Source: Mycoplasmoides pneumoniae FH (GTDB lineage Bacteria > Bacillota_I > Bacilli_A > Mycoplasmatales > Mycoplasmoidaceae). Taken from it: DNA of 32,000 nt. The notes under the pieces are model-generated. The model was not told the DNA's origin. It did no database searches and was given only the letters and a program-made list of their open reading frames with translations. The DNA is taken from NCBI RefSeq assembly GCF_001272835.1, contig NZ_CP010546.1, forward strand, positions 212,809-244,808, written 5' to 3'. Each line of letters starts with the position of its first letter. Position 1 is the first letter of the stretch. The position numbers and the translations under genes were made by a program. Shown here piece after piece: positions 29,978 through 32,000 of this stretch.

Positions 29978-31063
29978 GTGGAGATTAAAACTTACAAAAT
30001 CAAAGATATTTGTGATATTACACGCGGTAGAGTTATCAGCAAATTGGACATTAAAAAAGATCCAGGAGTTTTTCCTGTTTATTCGGCAGCTACTAATAAC
30101 GATGGGGAGTTTGGTCGAATAAATTCTTATGACTTTGATGGTGAATATGTTACTTGAACAGCTGACGGTTATGGAGGGGCTGTTTTTTATCGTAATGGTA
30201 AATTTAGCATCACAAATCTTTGTGGTCTTTTGAAAGTAAAAAATAAAGAAATTAGTTCAAAATATCTTGCTCATATTTTGAAACTAGAAGCACCGAAATT
30301 CACAAACCGTGTTTTTAAAAATAGACCTAAGTTAACACATAAAACAATGGCCGAAATTCCCATTGATTTCCCACCCTTGAAAATTCAAGAGAAAATTGCT
30401 ACTATCTTAGATACTTTTACCGAGCTAAGGGCGCGCAAGAAGCAGTATGCCTTCTATCGCGATTATCTGCTTAATCAAGAAAATATCCGAAAAATTTATG
30501 GAGCAAATATACCTTTCGAAACTTTTCAAGTAAAGGATATTTGTGAAATTAGAAGAGGTCGAGCGATCACTAAAGCGTATATTAGGAATAATCCTGGAGA
30601 AAATCCAGTTTATTCCGCAGCTACCACAAATGATGGTGAGTTAGGACACATTAAAGATTGCGACTTTGATGGTGAATACATCACTTGAACTACAAATGGT
30701 TATGCTGGAGTAGTTTTTTATCGTAATGGCAAGTTTAATGCATCACAAGATTGCGGTGTTTTAAAAGTTAAAAATAAAAAAATCTGCACCAAATTCCTAT
30801 CCCTTTTATTAAAGATAGAAGCGCCAAAATTCGTTCATAATCTAGCTTCAAGACCAAAATTAAGCCAAAAAGTAATGGCTGAAATCGAACTCTCTTTCCC
30901 ACCTCTAGAAATCCAAGAAAAGATTGCCGATATTCTCTTTGCTTTTGAAAAACTTTGCAATGATTTAGTAGAAGGTATTCCTGCCGAAATTGAATTGCGT
31001 AAAAAGCAATTGGATTACTATCAGAACTTCTTATTTAATTGAGTTCAAAAAATAAGAAATTAG
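29978..31063 (+). CDS. hsdS: Type I restriction-modification specificity subunit HsdS (orphan; two similar TRD halves).
   Basis: The frame opens after TAA 29963-29965, and the first start is GTG 29978. It is in frame with track ORF 30230-30688 through three TGA codons, ending at TAG 31061-31063. 361 aa. Each half ends in the HsdS conserved-region motif PP(L)xEQxxI-like (FPPLKIQEKIATILD and FPPLEIQEKIADIL). Confidence 0.85.
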
Positions 31064-31089
31064 AAAGTCTCAAATCTCTTTAATAATAA

Positions 31090-32000
31090 AAGTTAGTTCA
31101 GCAAACCACAAACTGATCCCACTTCTCCCCCACGCTCACCCGCTTCTCCACCGGGTTCAACCTCGCGGGGTCGGTGCTCGACCAGGTGTTGGATTATATT
31201 CCCTGGATTGGGAATGGGTACAGGTATGGCAATAACCACCGGGGCGTGGATGATATAACCGCGCCTCAAACCGGCGCGGGGTCGTCCAGCGGAACTAGTA
31301 CGAACACAAGTGGTTCGCGTTCCTTTCTCCCGACGTTCTCGAATGTCGGCGTTGGTCTCAAAGCCAACGTCCAAGCCACGCTCGGTGGCAGTCAGACGAC
31401 GACTACAGGCGGCTCCAAATGATCCACCCTCGACAAAGCCAACCTCCAGCCCTGAACGGGGGCGGGGTGAAGGAATGATAAGACTACTGGGAATAACACC
31501 CAAGGCAACGAAAACCACACCACCTTTAAAAACGCTACGGGGATGGGCAGTCAAAACCAGGGTTCTACAACAACTACCTCAGCGGGCAATCCCGATTCTT
31601 TAGTTACTGATAAAGTTGATCAAAAAGGTCAGGTGCAAACAAGTGGTCAAAATTTAAGTGAGACCAACTACACCAACCTCCCCCCCAACCTCACCCCCAC
31701 ATCCGACTGACCGAACGCGCTCAGCTTCACCAACAAGAACAACGCGCAGCGCGCCCAGCTGTTCCTGCACGGCTTGTTGGGCAGCATCCCGGTGTTGGTT
31801 AATAAGAGTGGCGAAAATAACGAAAAATTCCAAGCCACCGACCAAAAATGGTCCTACACCGAATTAAAGTCGGATCAAACCAAGCTCAACCTCCCCGCTT
31901 ATGGTGAGGTGAATGGGCTGTTGAATCCGGCGTTGGTGGAAACCTATTTTGGGACGACGCGTACGTCTAGCACTGCGAACCAAAACAGTACAACCGTCCC
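31090..32000 (+). repeat. RepMP4-type repetitive element: a P1 cytadhesin N-terminal-region paralog. It continues beyond the window.
   Basis: GC content rises sharply at about 31090. The code-4 translation (...[53 protein letters not shown]...[45 protein letters not shown]...[24 protein letters not shown]) matches the M. pneumoniae P1 adhesin sequence as I recall it. Confidence 0.8.
31174..32000 (+). CDS. P1-adhesin-like ORF (partial; 3' end outside the window). Possibly a non-expressed recombination donor.
   Basis: The frame is open from 31090 to the window end with only TGA codons. The first canonical start is GTG 31174, but P1 similarity begins about 80 nt upstream of it, with no start codon or SD sequence there. 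Confidence 0.55.

Noticed and set aside
31093-31554. A 153-aa minus-strand ORF, and alternate plus-frame ORFs (31310-31603, 31658-31867), within the GC-rich terminal region.
   Set aside because: High GC content suppresses stop codons in all frames. Only frame +1 (31090 onward) gives the P1-like sequence; the others are P/R/G-rich frame artefacts.

Overview
Essentially every gene is on the + strand. The window only reads correctly under genetic code 4 (UGA=Trp). The supplied standard-code ORF track splits at least 20 genes at in-frame TGA codons, and I re-joined them by checking the frame and the intervening codons by hand. The content matches a Mycoplasma (Mycoplasmoides) pneumoniae-type chromosome. 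From memory this is roughly the MPN161-MPN202 segment of strain M129; those locus numbers are unverified recall.

Layout:
- 25-3031: three small, poorly characterised genes. They are a DUF2130-like coiled-coil/nuclease-like protein, a His/Met-rich lipoprotein, and a small membrane protein.
- 3125-18303: the complete S10-spc-alpha ribosomal protein cluster, rpsJ through rplQ. It includes secY, adk, map, infA and rpoA, and is packed with TAATG stop/start overlaps.
- 18287-23859: ecfA1-ecfA2-ecfT, truA and pepF.
- 23859-32000: an accessory-looking tail. It holds an orphan EcoRI-family N6-adenine DNA methyltransferase, two tandem paralogous lipoproteins of about 800 aa, and an orphan type I HsdS subunit with two mutually similar target-recognition halves. 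At about 31090 the composition jumps to a GC-rich P1-adhesin paralog (RepMP4-type repeat) that runs off the window.

I saw no rRNA, tRNA, CRISPR array or transposase.

I do not see a convincing complete novel multi-gene system. The items most worth follow-up:
- the His/Met-rich lipoprotein
- the DUF2130-like protein
- the large hydrophilic insertion in EcfT
- the lipoprotein pair with a solute-binding-protein-like motif
- the symmetric orphan HsdS lying next to RepMP
- the low-complexity extensions on many ribosomal proteins
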